Part shown: piece by piece, positions 43,347-53,261 of the stretch
How the letters are laid out: every line of letters begins with the position of its first letter
How positions within the stretch are numbered: the stretch's first letter is position 1
Origin: an uncultured Parachlamydiaceae bacterium
GTDB taxonomy: Bacteria > Chlamydiota > Chlamydiia > Chlamydiales > Parachlamydiaceae
NCBI GenBank assembly: GCA_963742415.1
Contig: CAVULX010000003.1
Location: 768,001 to 832,000 of the forward strand
DNA: 64,000 nt
Direction of reading: 5' to 3'
Notes under the pieces: model-generated
What the model was told of the DNA's origin: nothing
Seen by the model: only the letters and a program-made list of their open reading frames with translations
The model's database searches: none
Program-made: the position numbers and the translations under genes

Positions 43347-45866
43347 GTGAACCAATACTTAACTTATATAGGAATTTTCTTAGCGTTTGTAACTTTTCAG
43401 ATGAAAAGCAATGCAAACGAAGACTTTACTTCAATGCTTAAAGTAAGACAGCCCAATTGGCAGATGGAAATAGTGGATTTTTATTCTAATGGCGCACCCA
43501 AACAAGTCATTTTCTTTGAACCTCTTCCTGAAAAAGCAGCCGGGTCTCCCGTCAAAAGCTTAGCATTCACTTTACAAGGCCACCTCCTCTCTGAAACAGA
43601 TTTAACGGCCGCCTCGGATCCCTCCCATCCTATTCCCCATGGATCCAGTGTCACTTTCAACCTCAATGGAGAAATAGAAAAAGTTGAATCCTACCGCGAA
43701 GGGATTTTAGAAGGACTTGCAAAGGCCTATTATTTGACAGGAGTTTTGAAGGAATCAAGCCTTTATCATAAAGGAAAATTAGAGGGTCTGGTGGAATCCT
43801 TTTATGAAAACGGTAAACTCAAAGAAAAAAGGAATTACGTAGAAGGAAAAAAGCAAGGGCCTTCCGAATATTTTTATGAAAATGGAACAATGTCAGCATC
43901 TTATAACTTCGAAAACGGACTCTTAGAAGGGGAATCGAAAGAATGGGACGAAAATGGTGCCATCAAAGCGGTTTCCTATTATCAGCATGGGCTGCTTAAC
44001 GGTGATCACACACACCCCGCCCAGACGCTTTACTATCCCGATAAGACCATTGCTGAACAGCAAGATTTCCGACAAGGGATCCCTATTGGGAAGCATGAAC
44101 GCTTTTACCCCAATGGAAATCCCCGCTATTATGCTTTTTATCTCCTAGGGAAAAAAGAGGGACGCGAGCAAGAACTTTTTGAAGATGGGACTGTGGGTTT
44201 GGAAGGCACTTATCACCAAGGCCTGCCGATCAATCACCATACAAAAAAGGATCCCAATGGAAAGCTGTCTTTTGCCGCACACTATGACCATGAAGGCAAT
44301 CTCATAGAACCTATTAAGGAATATGATGAAGAGGGGCATCTCGTATTGCAATATGAGATGAAAGAGGGAAAATATCATGGAGCCTTTTACGAATGGTATC
44401 CCTCAGGCGAAAAAAAACGGCAATATTATTATCTTCTGGGAGAATGGGATGGGGAGCAGCGGGAGTATTATCCATCCGGTCAATTAAAGACTTCCGCTTT
44501 CTACAGCCAAGGATATAAACAGGGCGATTACGCTGAGTGGCATAAAGGGGGCGGGCAAGCCTTAAAAGCAACCTTCAAAAAAGGGAAAAAAGAAGGGCCT
44601 ATACTTTCTTGGCACCCCAACGGCACTAAAGCTTCCGAAGCTTTTTTTGTAAGAGGAAAAGAGGAAGGTGCATGGAAGGAGTGGGATGCCAACGGTCAGC
44701 TTATCCTGTCCGCAGAGTATAACAAAGGGCGGAGGCACGGACGGGTTCAAATTTGGAATTCAAAAGGGGCTTTACTCTTTGAAGCGAATTTCATTCAAGG
44801 GCAACCCGTGGGAGTGGTAAAAGAATGGGGTGAAAATGGTTCTTTAAAAAGGGAAGCAACCTACAAAGAAGGTCTATTGGAAGGGAAGGAGAAATTATTC
44901 CATGTCAATGGCAAACCAACTTTGGAAGCCGACTACCTCAAAGGATTGCGTCATGGGGATTATTTGACCTGGTACGAAGATGGAACGCCTTACCAGATAC
45001 GTCGTTATGATCACGGGACTTGCTTAGGGGAGCAAAAAGAATTTTATCCCTTGGCTCAAGAGGGGGGATCGCAGCACCTTGCAAAAAATCTTTTTTATAA
45101 AGATGGAAAGCTCCACGGGGAACAAAAAACCTATTTCCCCGATGGGACAGTCAAAGTGCTTATGAATTATGACAACGGCTTATTAGATGGCAGAAAAGCT
45201 ATTTGGGATGAGAAAAATAAATTGAAAGAGGAAGCCTTTTATAAAAAGGGAAAACTCGATGGCAAATACTTTGCTAGAAAAGAAAATGGGAGCGAAGTGA
45301 TTTACCATTACAAAGATAATCTCCTTCACGGCTTGCACCAAGTATTTTTCCCTCCCCATCCCACGTTGGGAAAAATCAAAGCCCTTGAAGCCTATTTTGA
45401 AAATGGATTGCTTGAGAAGGAGGCTATCGAATTCAACCCATCAGGAATAAAAATAGGGAGTTCTTTTTACCACAAAGGGCTTAAAGAAGGAATTACAGCG
45501 GTCTTTAATGAAGAAGGGCGGATCCTTCTTCAAATCGAATTTGCTGATGGAAAACAGTCGGGCATGAGTTATGAATATTTTCCTAATGGAAAGATCCATA
45601 AGACGGCGACGTTTGTTCATGGATTAAAAGAAGGGGAAGAGAAGGTCTATCATGAAAATGGACAGCTTGCATCCCAAAGATCCTACAGCAAGGGGCTTCA
45701 GCATGGATTGTCTCAAGAATGGAATACATTCGGCATTTTAGTATTTGAAGGCTCCTACGATGAAGGAAAGAGGCACGGTAAATTTAATAAATACGATGAT
45801 CAAGGGCGCCCCTTGGTTTTGCAGATATTTGATCATGATAAATTAATTGAAAAAAACAAAAATTAA
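43347..45866 (+). CDS. Exported MORN-variant repeat protein (YwqK-like)
   Basis: Dozens of Y.NG.L.....Y..G...G units; N-terminal signal-like segment. Confidence 0.88.
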   Translation: MNQYLTYIGIFLAFVTFQMKSNANEDFTSMLKVRQPNWQMEIVDFYSNGAPKQVIFFEPLPEKAAGSPVKSLAFTLQGHLLSETDLTAASDPSHPIPHGSSVTFNLNGEIEKVESYREGILEGLAKAYYLTGVLKESSLYHKGKLEGLVESFYENGKLKEKRNYVEGKKQGPSEYFYENGTMSASYNFENGLLEGESKEWDENGAIKAVSYYQHGLLNGDHTHPAQTLYYPDKTIAEQQDFRQGIPIGKHERFYPNGNPRYYAFYLLGKKEGREQELFEDGTVGLEGTYHQGLPINHHTKKDPNGKLSFAAHYDHEGNLIEPIKEYDEEGHLVLQYEMKEGKYHGAFYEWYPSGEKKRQYYYLLGEWDGEQREYYPSGQLKTSAFYSQGYKQGDYAEWHKGGGQALKATFKKGKKEGPILSWHPNGTKASEAFFVRGKEEGAWKEWDANGQLILSAEYNKGRRHGRVQIWNSKGALLFEANFIQGQPVGVVKEWGENGSLKREATYKEGLLEGKEKLFHVNGKPTLEADYLKGLRHGDYLTWYEDGTPYQIRRYDHGTCLGEQKEFYPLAQEGGSQHLAKNLFYKDGKLHGEQKTYFPDGTVKVLMNYDNGLLDGRKAIWDEKNKLKEEAFYKKGKLDGKYFARKENGSEVIYHYKDNLLHGLHQVFFPPHPTLGKIKALEAYFENGLLEKEAIEFNPSGIKIGSSFYHKGLKEGITAVFNEEGRILLQIEFADGKQSGMSYEYFPNGKIHKTATFVHGLKEGEEKVYHENGQLASQRSYSKGLQHGLSQEWNTFGILVFEGSYDEGKRHGKFNKYDDQGRPLVLQIFDHDKLIEKNKN

Positions 45867-45893
45867 CCTATGAATTCGGGTTATGAGCCAATA

Positions 45894-46166
45894 ATGAAAT
45901 GCTGGAAATGTGGAGCAGAGATTTCTAATAAATCAGATCGGATCTCTTTTCGTGAACTATGCGATCAATGCCAAGCCTGGCTGCATTGTTGTAAGAATTG
46001 CCGCCGCTATAAACCCGGGGCCGCCAACGATTGTGCGATCCCCGGTACGGAATATGTGGCCGACAGGGAAGCCGGCAACTTTTGCGAAGATTTCAAAATT
46101 CTTGGCGAAGGTCCTAAAAAAACATTAGATCCCAAAGATATCGCTAAACGTCTGTTTAAAGACTAG
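45894..46166 (+). CDS. Small Cys-rich (9 Cys) putative metal-binding protein
   Basis: CWKC..CDQC..HCCKNC..C..NFC; start could be 45870. Confidence 0.75.
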   Translation: MKCWKCGAEISNKSDRISFRELCDQCQAWLHCCKNCRRYKPGAANDCAIPGTEYVADREAGNFCEDFKILGEGPKKTLDPKDIAKRLFKD

Positions 46167-46179
46167 GTTAGCGCATAGA

Positions 46180-46599
46180 TTATCGCCAATACCCCTCTGT
46201 CCAAACCCAATGGTGATGATGGCTTGTCCAACAGCCAGACACCCAAATAGCGGTAGCATGAGGCCTTACACCCCAATGGCCATGGACCCGCACCCAGTGG
46301 AACCCATCCCATCTCCAATGCCCTTTAATCCACACATAATTGGCTCCGGGGCATACGCCCATCTCTTCCTCAAAATCAGCAGGAGGTTCGCTTTCCACAG
46401 TGACATAAGCTGCAGGAGCTTGGGGTTGGACAACCACCGTTGGGGCTGGCTGCACGACTACAGTCTGAGCTGGAGGCTGAACGATGACAGTGGATGCCGG
46501 CTGTTCAACAATATAAGTCTTGTGGGAATGGGCCTGGGCCTGTTGAATAGAAAACGCACATGGGGCTAGTAACAATAAGAAAAGTGGCATTTTTTTCAT
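46180..46599 (-). CDS. Exported YXWGXW/WXXGXW-repeat protein
   Basis: Signal peptide, VVVQP repeats, WIKGHW/WVSGCW/WTEGYW and a His run. Confidence 0.85.
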   Translation of the reverse strand: MKKMPLFLLLLAPCAFSIQQAQAHSHKTYIVEQPASTVIVQPPAQTVVVQPAPTVVVQPQAPAAYVTVESEPPADFEEEMGVCPGANYVWIKGHWRWDGFHWVRVHGHWGVRPHATAIWVSGCWTSHHHHWVWTEGYWR

Positions 46600-46888
46600 A
46601 ATGGTAACTCCTATTAGATAAAGCAGTTTGTAATCGTCATTTTAAGCCAAAACGAAGCCGCACCGGCAGGTACATATTCACGAAACGTATAAACTTAAAA
46701 AAACTTTTTACATGAAAAATAAAGTAAGCTCTTTTTTATTGCAATAGCGATACCCGCTTGTCGAGAACAGTTATCAATTACATTCAAAATAACATATTTT
46801 TTATAATAATTTTATTGAAAACAATCTTAAAAACAATTACAATCCATATTTGTTTTGTTTAACATAATAATAAAATAAAGGATTTTGT

Positions 46889-48259
46889 ATGCTTAAACGT
46901 TTTAATGCTGTTTTTTCGTCCATGCTCTTTTTTTCACTGTGTTTCCAAAATTATCTTTCAGCTCAGGATATGGGGACGGAGAACGCAGATTCAGGTTATT
47001 CCTACTATAAAAAGTTTAAGTATGAGGCTTCTTTAGCCTATACCAATTTCAATAGAAATGACTGGTGGACCAAGATAGAGCCATTCAATATCTACTTGGG
47101 TGCGCTTCCTCTCAAAAATAAGCAACATCTAGACAAAATCGTGGATCTTGGGGTGACCCACGTGATTTCGATGGTCGAGGATTTTGAAATTGAAGATGGA
47201 TGGTTGAACAAACCTGTTAAAAGGCTAGATTGGGAAGCTAGAGGAATTCAAGTTAAACATATCCAAGCTGTTGATTTTCTTCCGCTCACGCATGAGCAAA
47301 TAGAAGAGGGGGTCGAACACCTCAACGCCCTTTTAGAACGAAATTACTCTGTTTACATCCATTGTAAAGCCGGACGTGGCCGAAGCGCGACAATCGTCAT
47401 CGTGTATTTGATGAAATATCAGGGCTTTTCCTTTAATCAAGCGTTTTCTTTCATCCAAGAGCAGCGTCCTCAAATCAATCTAAATGAACAACAACAAAAG
47501 GCCATTTTGGAATATTTTGGGATAGACCAAGATTCAGCCAATGCTGACCCCAAAAGCCCAAGTTACCAAGCCCGATTTTCCCAAGGGATCTACTCCCTCT
47601 TTAATAATGTAAACCAAATGAGTGAAGACAAACTTGCCGAGCTTTTAAACCAAGTTCTCCATTATGTGATCGAAGGGATCTCTTATTCTCCTTCCGAAAT
47701 GGTTCCAGCATCCATTTCCACATGGGTCCCATCAATTGAAGTTCAATCCACCTTGGAAAGGAGAAACCGCTACTTGAGAGAGTATCAAGGGGATCAAGCT
47801 ATAGCAACCGACGCGTCGATCAAGCGGAATCACGGTTTAATGAGACGCTTTAAGATCATGGCAGCAGGCGCTATACCTTTTGTAGGTACTCCCACAAGCC
47901 ATTCTATAAGCCTTTGGCATCAATTAAGGGAAATTACGCTGATTGCGGCTCTTAATGGACACGATATCCAAGACCCGGATGTAAAAATGAAAATATTGAG
48001 CTGCCTTGTTGGAGGGAACATCCTAAAAATTCCGGCCTTGACAGTCGATTTTATTGCCAAAGAAATTATAAAGAAGATTGTGGCGCAAGCGGGCTTTCAC
48101 GCCCTTCCTGTGGGGATCCCAGCACAATTGATCTTTAACTTTTTCACCAGCAATTCAGCAAAAGTTGCCACTCACGCTAAACAAGCTTTTGCCGGCGAAA
48201 ACGCTCTTCCAATACCTCAGGAAGAGTACTGGGTGCACAAGCAGCCAGTCGCCAAATGA
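46889..48259 (+). CDS. Exported dual-specificity phosphatase (PTPMT1-like) with an extra C-terminal domain
   Basis: WWTKI..IYLGALP, VDF and VYIHCKAGRGRSAT (CX5R). Confidence 0.85.
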   Translation: MLKRFNAVFSSMLFFSLCFQNYLSAQDMGTENADSGYSYYKKFKYEASLAYTNFNRNDWWTKIEPFNIYLGALPLKNKQHLDKIVDLGVTHVISMVEDFEIEDGWLNKPVKRLDWEARGIQVKHIQAVDFLPLTHEQIEEGVEHLNALLERNYSVYIHCKAGRGRSATIVIVYLMKYQGFSFNQAFSFIQEQRPQINLNEQQQKAILEYFGIDQDSANADPKSPSYQARFSQGIYSLFNNVNQMSEDKLAELLNQVLHYVIEGISYSPSEMVPASISTWVPSIEVQSTLERRNRYLREYQGDQAIATDASIKRNHGLMRRFKIMAAGAIPFVGTPTSHSISLWHQLREITLIAALNGHDIQDPDVKMKILSCLVGGNILKIPALTVDFIAKEIIKKIVAQAGFHALPVGIPAQLIFNFFTSNSAKVATHAKQAFAGENALPIPQEEYWVHKQPVAK

Positions 48260-48455
48260 TGCAATAATTAAAACCAGTGAGCCAGTGAGATCACTGAGGA
48301 TTGTTGGGAACATTGAGAGGAATGACACAGATGAATAAGGACGTCGAACTGAATGATTAAAAACATATATAATATGTTACCCCGTATAAATTTTATTCGA
48401 GATTAAACTTTTAATCGATTTAGTTTAAAAAAAGATCAAAAAAAAAGTCTATCTT

Positions 48456-49178
48456 ATGTTTTTATGCGCCACCTCTATGCAGCTCAAGCATGCCAACATC
48501 ACCTCAAATGATATTATGTCTAATGAAAATCCATATCTTCATTATCTCGTGAAATGCTGGCCTATTTCACCTTTGTTAACGAATGGAATAACCGGTATCT
48601 ATCCTATTCCTGCGTCAACACAGTTAATTTCTAAACGAGAGCTGATCATTACAACAGCTCTTACAATCGCCTCTTTCGTCACAATCCATGCTGGGCATCT
48701 TTTTTTTCTCTATTTTATCGCTTCTGAAGCGGGTGCTTTTTTCTGGTATCCACTTAGCTTCGGAGCAATTGTAGGAGCCATAGTGGGAATTTTTGCCGGC
48801 TTGAGTCTTACGCATATTAACTCTACGAACGACTCATTTGGCTATTTCATAGAGAATACAATTTTTGAAAGACTTCAAGCTGAGGGGGAAATAAGATCAT
48901 GCATGAATTTTAAAAAAAAAGTGATCCAATTCAGTACAGAAATTTTAGGATCCGCTGCATTTGAAACAATTAAATTTATTTTTATGAGAATGCATCCTTT
49001 TCTTGGTATTCCTTCGGGCCTCATTAATGGGTTTTGTTATAGCTTTGAAGCCACAAAAATTGTGGCACGATCAATACTTTTATACAAATTTCCCAATTGG
49101 CCAAATGAATGCCTCCTACCACGACAGGATCCTCGTCCGGATTGTAGTTTATTTTGGAAAATTTTTGGTGAGAATTGA
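48456..49178 (+). CDS. Hypothetical membrane protein with a bilobed hydrophobic domain (Inc-like)
   Basis: Hydrophobic hairpin LIITTAL...IFAGLSL. Confidence 0.55.
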   Translation: MFLCATSMQLKHANITSNDIMSNENPYLHYLVKCWPISPLLTNGITGIYPIPASTQLISKRELIITTALTIASFVTIHAGHLFFLYFIASEAGAFFWYPLSFGAIVGAIVGIFAGLSLTHINSTNDSFGYFIENTIFERLQAEGEIRSCMNFKKKVIQFSTEILGSAAFETIKFIFMRMHPFLGIPSGLINGFCYSFEATKIVARSILLYKFPNWPNECLLPRQDPRPDCSLFWKIFGEN

Positions 49179-49223
49179 ATTATATTATCGAAATTTTAAT
49201 GTGACTTAAAATTTTGGAGCTGC

Positions 49224-49961
49224 TTAACGATTAGCAATCGGATGTGAGTGGTCTGTGAATGGACTTTTTGTGTTCTCACCAACGCGAGGACCGCTTTCCA
49301 AAGTGGTTATCGGGGTCGCTAATTTGATCCCTGTAAACCCTTGAAAAGCCATCGCCATCAACCCTGTCATAATAAAGGTAATTCCCATTCCCCTCAAAGC
49401 GGGAACAACATCGGCCGTGGCGAGCCGTTCCCGGATCGCAGCAATGAGCGCAATGGCTAGCCACCAACCGGCGCCCGAGCCAAAAACATAAATTAAATTG
49501 GGCCAGAAAGGATAATCTCTCGTCACAGCAAAAAGGCAAGCTCCTAAAATAGCGCAATTGACAGCAATCAGCGGCAGATAAAGCCCTAGCGACAAATATA
49601 AGGCTGGAGATGTTTTTTCGATGACAATCTCAAGCATTTGAACGAACCCTGCAATCACGGAAATAAATAATAAAAATTCAAGAAATCCTAAATCAATTTG
49701 AGCCGCATCCAGCCCTATCGCATTGAGCCACGATAACGCCCCAGGCCCCGTGACAAATTTGTGGACGCACCAGTTGAGGATTCCCGAAATCGTCAAGACA
49801 AAGACTACAGCCACACCAAGACCATTAGCTGTTTTCAATTTTGTGGAACACGCAAGGTAGGTGCACATCCCTAAAAAGTTGGCCAATAAAAAGTTCTCAA
49901 TAAAGATGGCTTGCAGGAGCAAACCAAAGAGATTTAATGACTCGTAATTACCCATCCACAT
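49224..49961 (-). CDS. nqrE: Na+-translocating NADH:quinone reductase subunit E
   Basis: FLGMCTYLACS, LPLIAVNCAILG and GITFIMTGLMAMAF. Confidence 0.96.
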   Translation of the reverse strand: MWMGNYESLNLFGLLLQAIFIENFLLANFLGMCTYLACSTKLKTANGLGVAVVFVLTISGILNWCVHKFVTGPGALSWLNAIGLDAAQIDLGFLEFLLFISVIAGFVQMLEIVIEKTSPALYLSLGLYLPLIAVNCAILGACLFAVTRDYPFWPNLIYVFGSGAGWWLAIALIAAIRERLATADVVPALRGMGITFIMTGLMAMAFQGFTGIKLATPITTLESGPRVGENTKSPFTDHSHPIANR

Positions 49962-49963
49962 TG

Positions 49964-50596
49964 TTATACCTTTTTGTTAACAATGTTAAAGATCCAGATT
50001 AACCCTCCGATAAGGAAAAAAGCAGCTGGAGGGCTGACCATTAAGGCAAAATTGTCATAAGCATCGGGCTTTTCAGCCGTCGCATACCAGCTTAAAGGGA
50101 TCACTTGATAGCCGAAAAGTTGGCCAAAACCAAAGAGTTCCCGCACACCCCCGATGATGAAAAGGATCCATGCGTACCCCAAACCTGCGCCTAAACCATC
50201 TAAAAATGCAGGAATAGGTTTTACATTTTTGGCCATCCCCTCGGTCCGCCCCATGACGATGCAATTGGTGATGATCAGCCCGACAAAGACGGTCATCACC
50301 TTAGAAATGCTAAAAAAATAGGCCTGCAAAAATTGATCGATGATAATGACGAAAACAGAAATAATCGCGAGTTGAGTGATCATTCTCACGCTATCTGGAG
50401 TGATTTTTCTCAATAAAGAAACAAAAAATGAAGAGCATGCGGTGACAAAAGAGACCGAGAGCCCCATGGTGATTGAAACAGAGAGGCGGTTGGTGACCCC
50501 AAGCGCGGAACAGATCCCCAACACAGCCACTAAGATTTGATTGCTGCTCCACAGTTGATTTGTCAAGTAGGACATGGCGGGTACATTTTGGGCCAT
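49964..50596 (-). CDS. nqrD: Na+-NQR subunit D
   Basis: [10 protein letters not shown] and [14 protein letters not shown]. Confidence 0.96.
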   Translation of the reverse strand: MAQNVPAMSYLTNQLWSSNQILVAVLGICSALGVTNRLSVSITMGLSVSFVTACSSFFVSLLRKITPDSVRMITQLAIISVFVIIIDQFLQAYFFSISKVMTVFVGLIITNCIVMGRTEGMAKNVKPIPAFLDGLGAGLGYAWILFIIGGVRELFGFGQLFGYQVIPLSWYATAEKPDAYDNFALMVSPPAAFFLIGGLIWIFNIVNKKV

Positions 50597-50598
50597 GG

Positions 50599-51543
50599 TC
50601 AAGCCTCCTTTCCTTCAGGCTTTTCAGACTTTTCATATTGTTCGTGGATTTTTATCAAAAAGTTCCTGTAAGGCGCCAAAACATCACGATAGGCATCTGT
50701 CACCCCATTGCCTGTCAATGTGGCGCCTGACATTCCATCGACGGCACTTTTCGCTTTGGAGGAGCTGCCTAGGACTTCGGCGACCTTCCCTTTTACTACA
50801 GTAATGCCTAGAGGCGTTGTTTTAAAGTCGGTTTTTCCACCGGCACTTTCCTGAAAGATTTTTTTGCTAGGAAAAAGGCTTTGCCAAGGGGGATCTGCAA
50901 TATTGGCACCTAAACCCGGAGTTTCTTTTTGTTCATACCAAGAAATGCCAATCACGGTGTTGCCATCGGGTTTGATAGCCAAGTAACCGTAGATGGCATC
51001 CCACAAGCCAAACCCATTGATAGGGATCACATACCCTTCAGGCTTGATCTCCGCGGAAGCCGCCTCTGTAGAGGAGGGATTAGGTAAAATTTTGTAAAGA
51101 AGCTTCCAAGGGAGCTTGTAATAGCCGCCTTTTCTATTTTCAGAGACATATTTCTCTTCATTAAGGCCCGCTTGTTGAAATGTGGTGGTTTCCCCTTGGT
51201 CATTCACTAAAAAAGGAACCAAACGCTTCTTGTATACCTCAATCAACTGAGATTGCGTTGCCCTATCGTGAATAGATCCGGGAATTAAACTTCCATTTTT
51301 TGCATATTTCGCAGGAACATAATTTCCCTCAGCATCGGGTATGATAAAATATCCTTCCGGGGAAAGGATTTTTGCCGCCATCATCATTTGTTTGCTTCGG
51401 TCTAAGTCTTTGGCGATCTCCTTAGGCTCAGCCAAAGCACTGGCCAGCAAAGATAAAATCAAAGCGCATACAAAGCTGAGGATCACCATGAAAAAGATGG
51501 TTTGCTTACTGCTTTGGGAGATGTTAGGTTGCGGCTCGGACAC
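50599..51543 (-). CDS. nqrC: Na+-NQR subunit C
   Basis: GFGLW, ETPGLG and FMN site DGMSGATLT. Confidence 0.96.
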   Translation of the reverse strand: MSEPQPNISQSSKQTIFFMVILSFVCALILSLLASALAEPKEIAKDLDRSKQMMMAAKILSPEGYFIIPDAEGNYVPAKYAKNGSLIPGSIHDRATQSQLIEVYKKRLVPFLVNDQGETTTFQQAGLNEEKYVSENRKGGYYKLPWKLLYKILPNPSSTEAASAEIKPEGYVIPINGFGLWDAIYGYLAIKPDGNTVIGISWYEQKETPGLGANIADPPWQSLFPSKKIFQESAGGKTDFKTTPLGITVVKGKVAEVLGSSSKAKSAVDGMSGATLTGNGVTDAYRDVLAPYRNFLIKIHEQYEKSEKPEGKEA

Positions 51544-53057
51544 GGCTTAAACTCCTTTTCCTATATCTACGAGAAGCATAATAATCAAAAAGAGGAGCAA
51601 AAATATTGCCCATCAAAATGGCAAGCATCACCCCTTCAGGATAGGCAGGGTTGACCACCCGGATCACAATGGCGATGGCTCCGCAAAAGATGCCGTAAAT
51701 CCATTTGGCAGAAGCCATGCTGGGGGAAGAGACGGGATCGGTAGCCATAAAGACAATCCCAAAAGCCAGTCCCCCCAGCAACAAATGCTTGTAGGCAGGA
51801 ATTGCATATTGGGCCGGATTCCACGCTCCTCCGTCAGCTCCAAAAAATTTAGCCCCAGCCTCAAATAGAAAAGCTGTAGCAAAGGCCCCTAAGGTCATTG
51901 CGATCATTGTTCGCCAGGAGCCTACCCCTGTCCATATGAGGAACAAGGCCCCCAGAATGCAAGCCAAAACGGAGGTCTCTCCCATAGATCCTAATTTGTC
52001 CCCTAAAAACATGTTCCAGTCTCCATTATGGCCGATGCCGTAATTGACGGCGGAAAATTGGTAGGCGTCTTCATAATACCCTGGGGATAGACCCAGGCCC
52101 CCATTAGCAAATGGACTGGTGACAAAACTATACATTTGATCTTGGGTGAGCTGCCCTATTTGCGCGCCATGATTTCCTAAGGAATTCCACTGGTTGAAAT
52201 ATTTTTCTACGGCCGGCCCTGTGGAAACATGCGTGCCAAGATTATTTGTAGCGATGGCGTCGACATGGATCCGCTTAATGTCATGGGTTATGTTTAAGAG
52301 GGCCAGCTTGGTCGCTTGCGTATAACCATCAATGCCCAGTTGCGCATCGGCATTCATTTTCACAAGGCTTTCTCGGACGATGGTTGGATTTGTGCCGGCC
52401 CAGATCGTCTCCAGACATTTTTCCTGGAAAAGTAAAAAAAAGGAAAGCGCGGCAGGCTAAAGCTGGGTTCACGATGTTCATTCCCGATCCGCCAAAAACT
52501 TCTTTTCCAAGGACGACGCCGGCAGATACCCCTACAGCGGCCATCCAATAGGGGATCGTAGAGGGCAAAACTAAGACATACAGAATTCCTGTGACTAAAA
52601 ATCCCTCTGATATTTCATGCCCCCGGACACAAGCAAAAATGGCTTCCCACATTCCTCCTATGGCATAGGAGATAAAGATCAAAGGAACGACCGCGATGAC
52701 GCCCAGCTTTAAAATTGTGAGATACCGATCCTCTTTTGCGGCGAAGCTCCAATACCCGTCCCAAGAATTGGCACCAGCCAGGTATTCGTTCATCAATTTG
52801 TAGTCGCCGCTGGAATAAACAAAACCCTGTAATCCGGTATTCCAAATGGACATGAGAATGCATGGAATGAGGGCGAATACGACGATGATCATCCACCGTT
52901 TGACATCAATGGCATCCCGAATGTGGGGGCCAATCGTTGTTTTTACCGGCGCTTCGTAGAGAAAGGTATCCGTTGCAGTTATTAAAGGGCGCAAGCGATA
53001 TAAAGGCTTCCCTTTTTCAACAAGTGATAGCTGGAAATCCAAAAATCGTCTAAGCAT
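51524..53057 (-). pseudogene. nqrB: Na+-NQR subunit B split by a 1-nt insertion at about 52405-52406 (pseudogene or sequencing error)
   Basis: 5' part has PHIRDAID.KR, SEGFLVT and KEVFGGSG.N..NPAL; 3' part has GSMGETS, FMATDPVS and YPEGVMLAIL; removing one base joins them as MSGD(V/I)WAGTNPT. Confidence 0.9.
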
Positions 53058-53261
53058 GGTAAAACTTCATAAAAGTGATATTTACGATGAAGCTTCAAGC
53101 TATCAAAACAAGTCGTTGAACTGCAAGGAAAAAAGCAGGGAATTTGGAGTGCGGATAAAGGCCCCACGCTCTAAAGTTCCTATTTTTTCCTTTGTTATCC
53201 TTTTTTTCTTTTCGTAATTTCACAATTAAGTCAAAATTAGAGATTTAAGCTACAGAATATT

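Noticed and set aside
43347..45866. YwqK-like protein as the antitoxin of a TA system
   Set aside because: It is long, appears exported and has no adjacent toxin; the label reflects only the MORN-variant repeats.
48274..48340. Short direct repeat CCAGTGAG x2 after the phosphatase gene
   Set aside because: Only two 8-mers; no supportable function.
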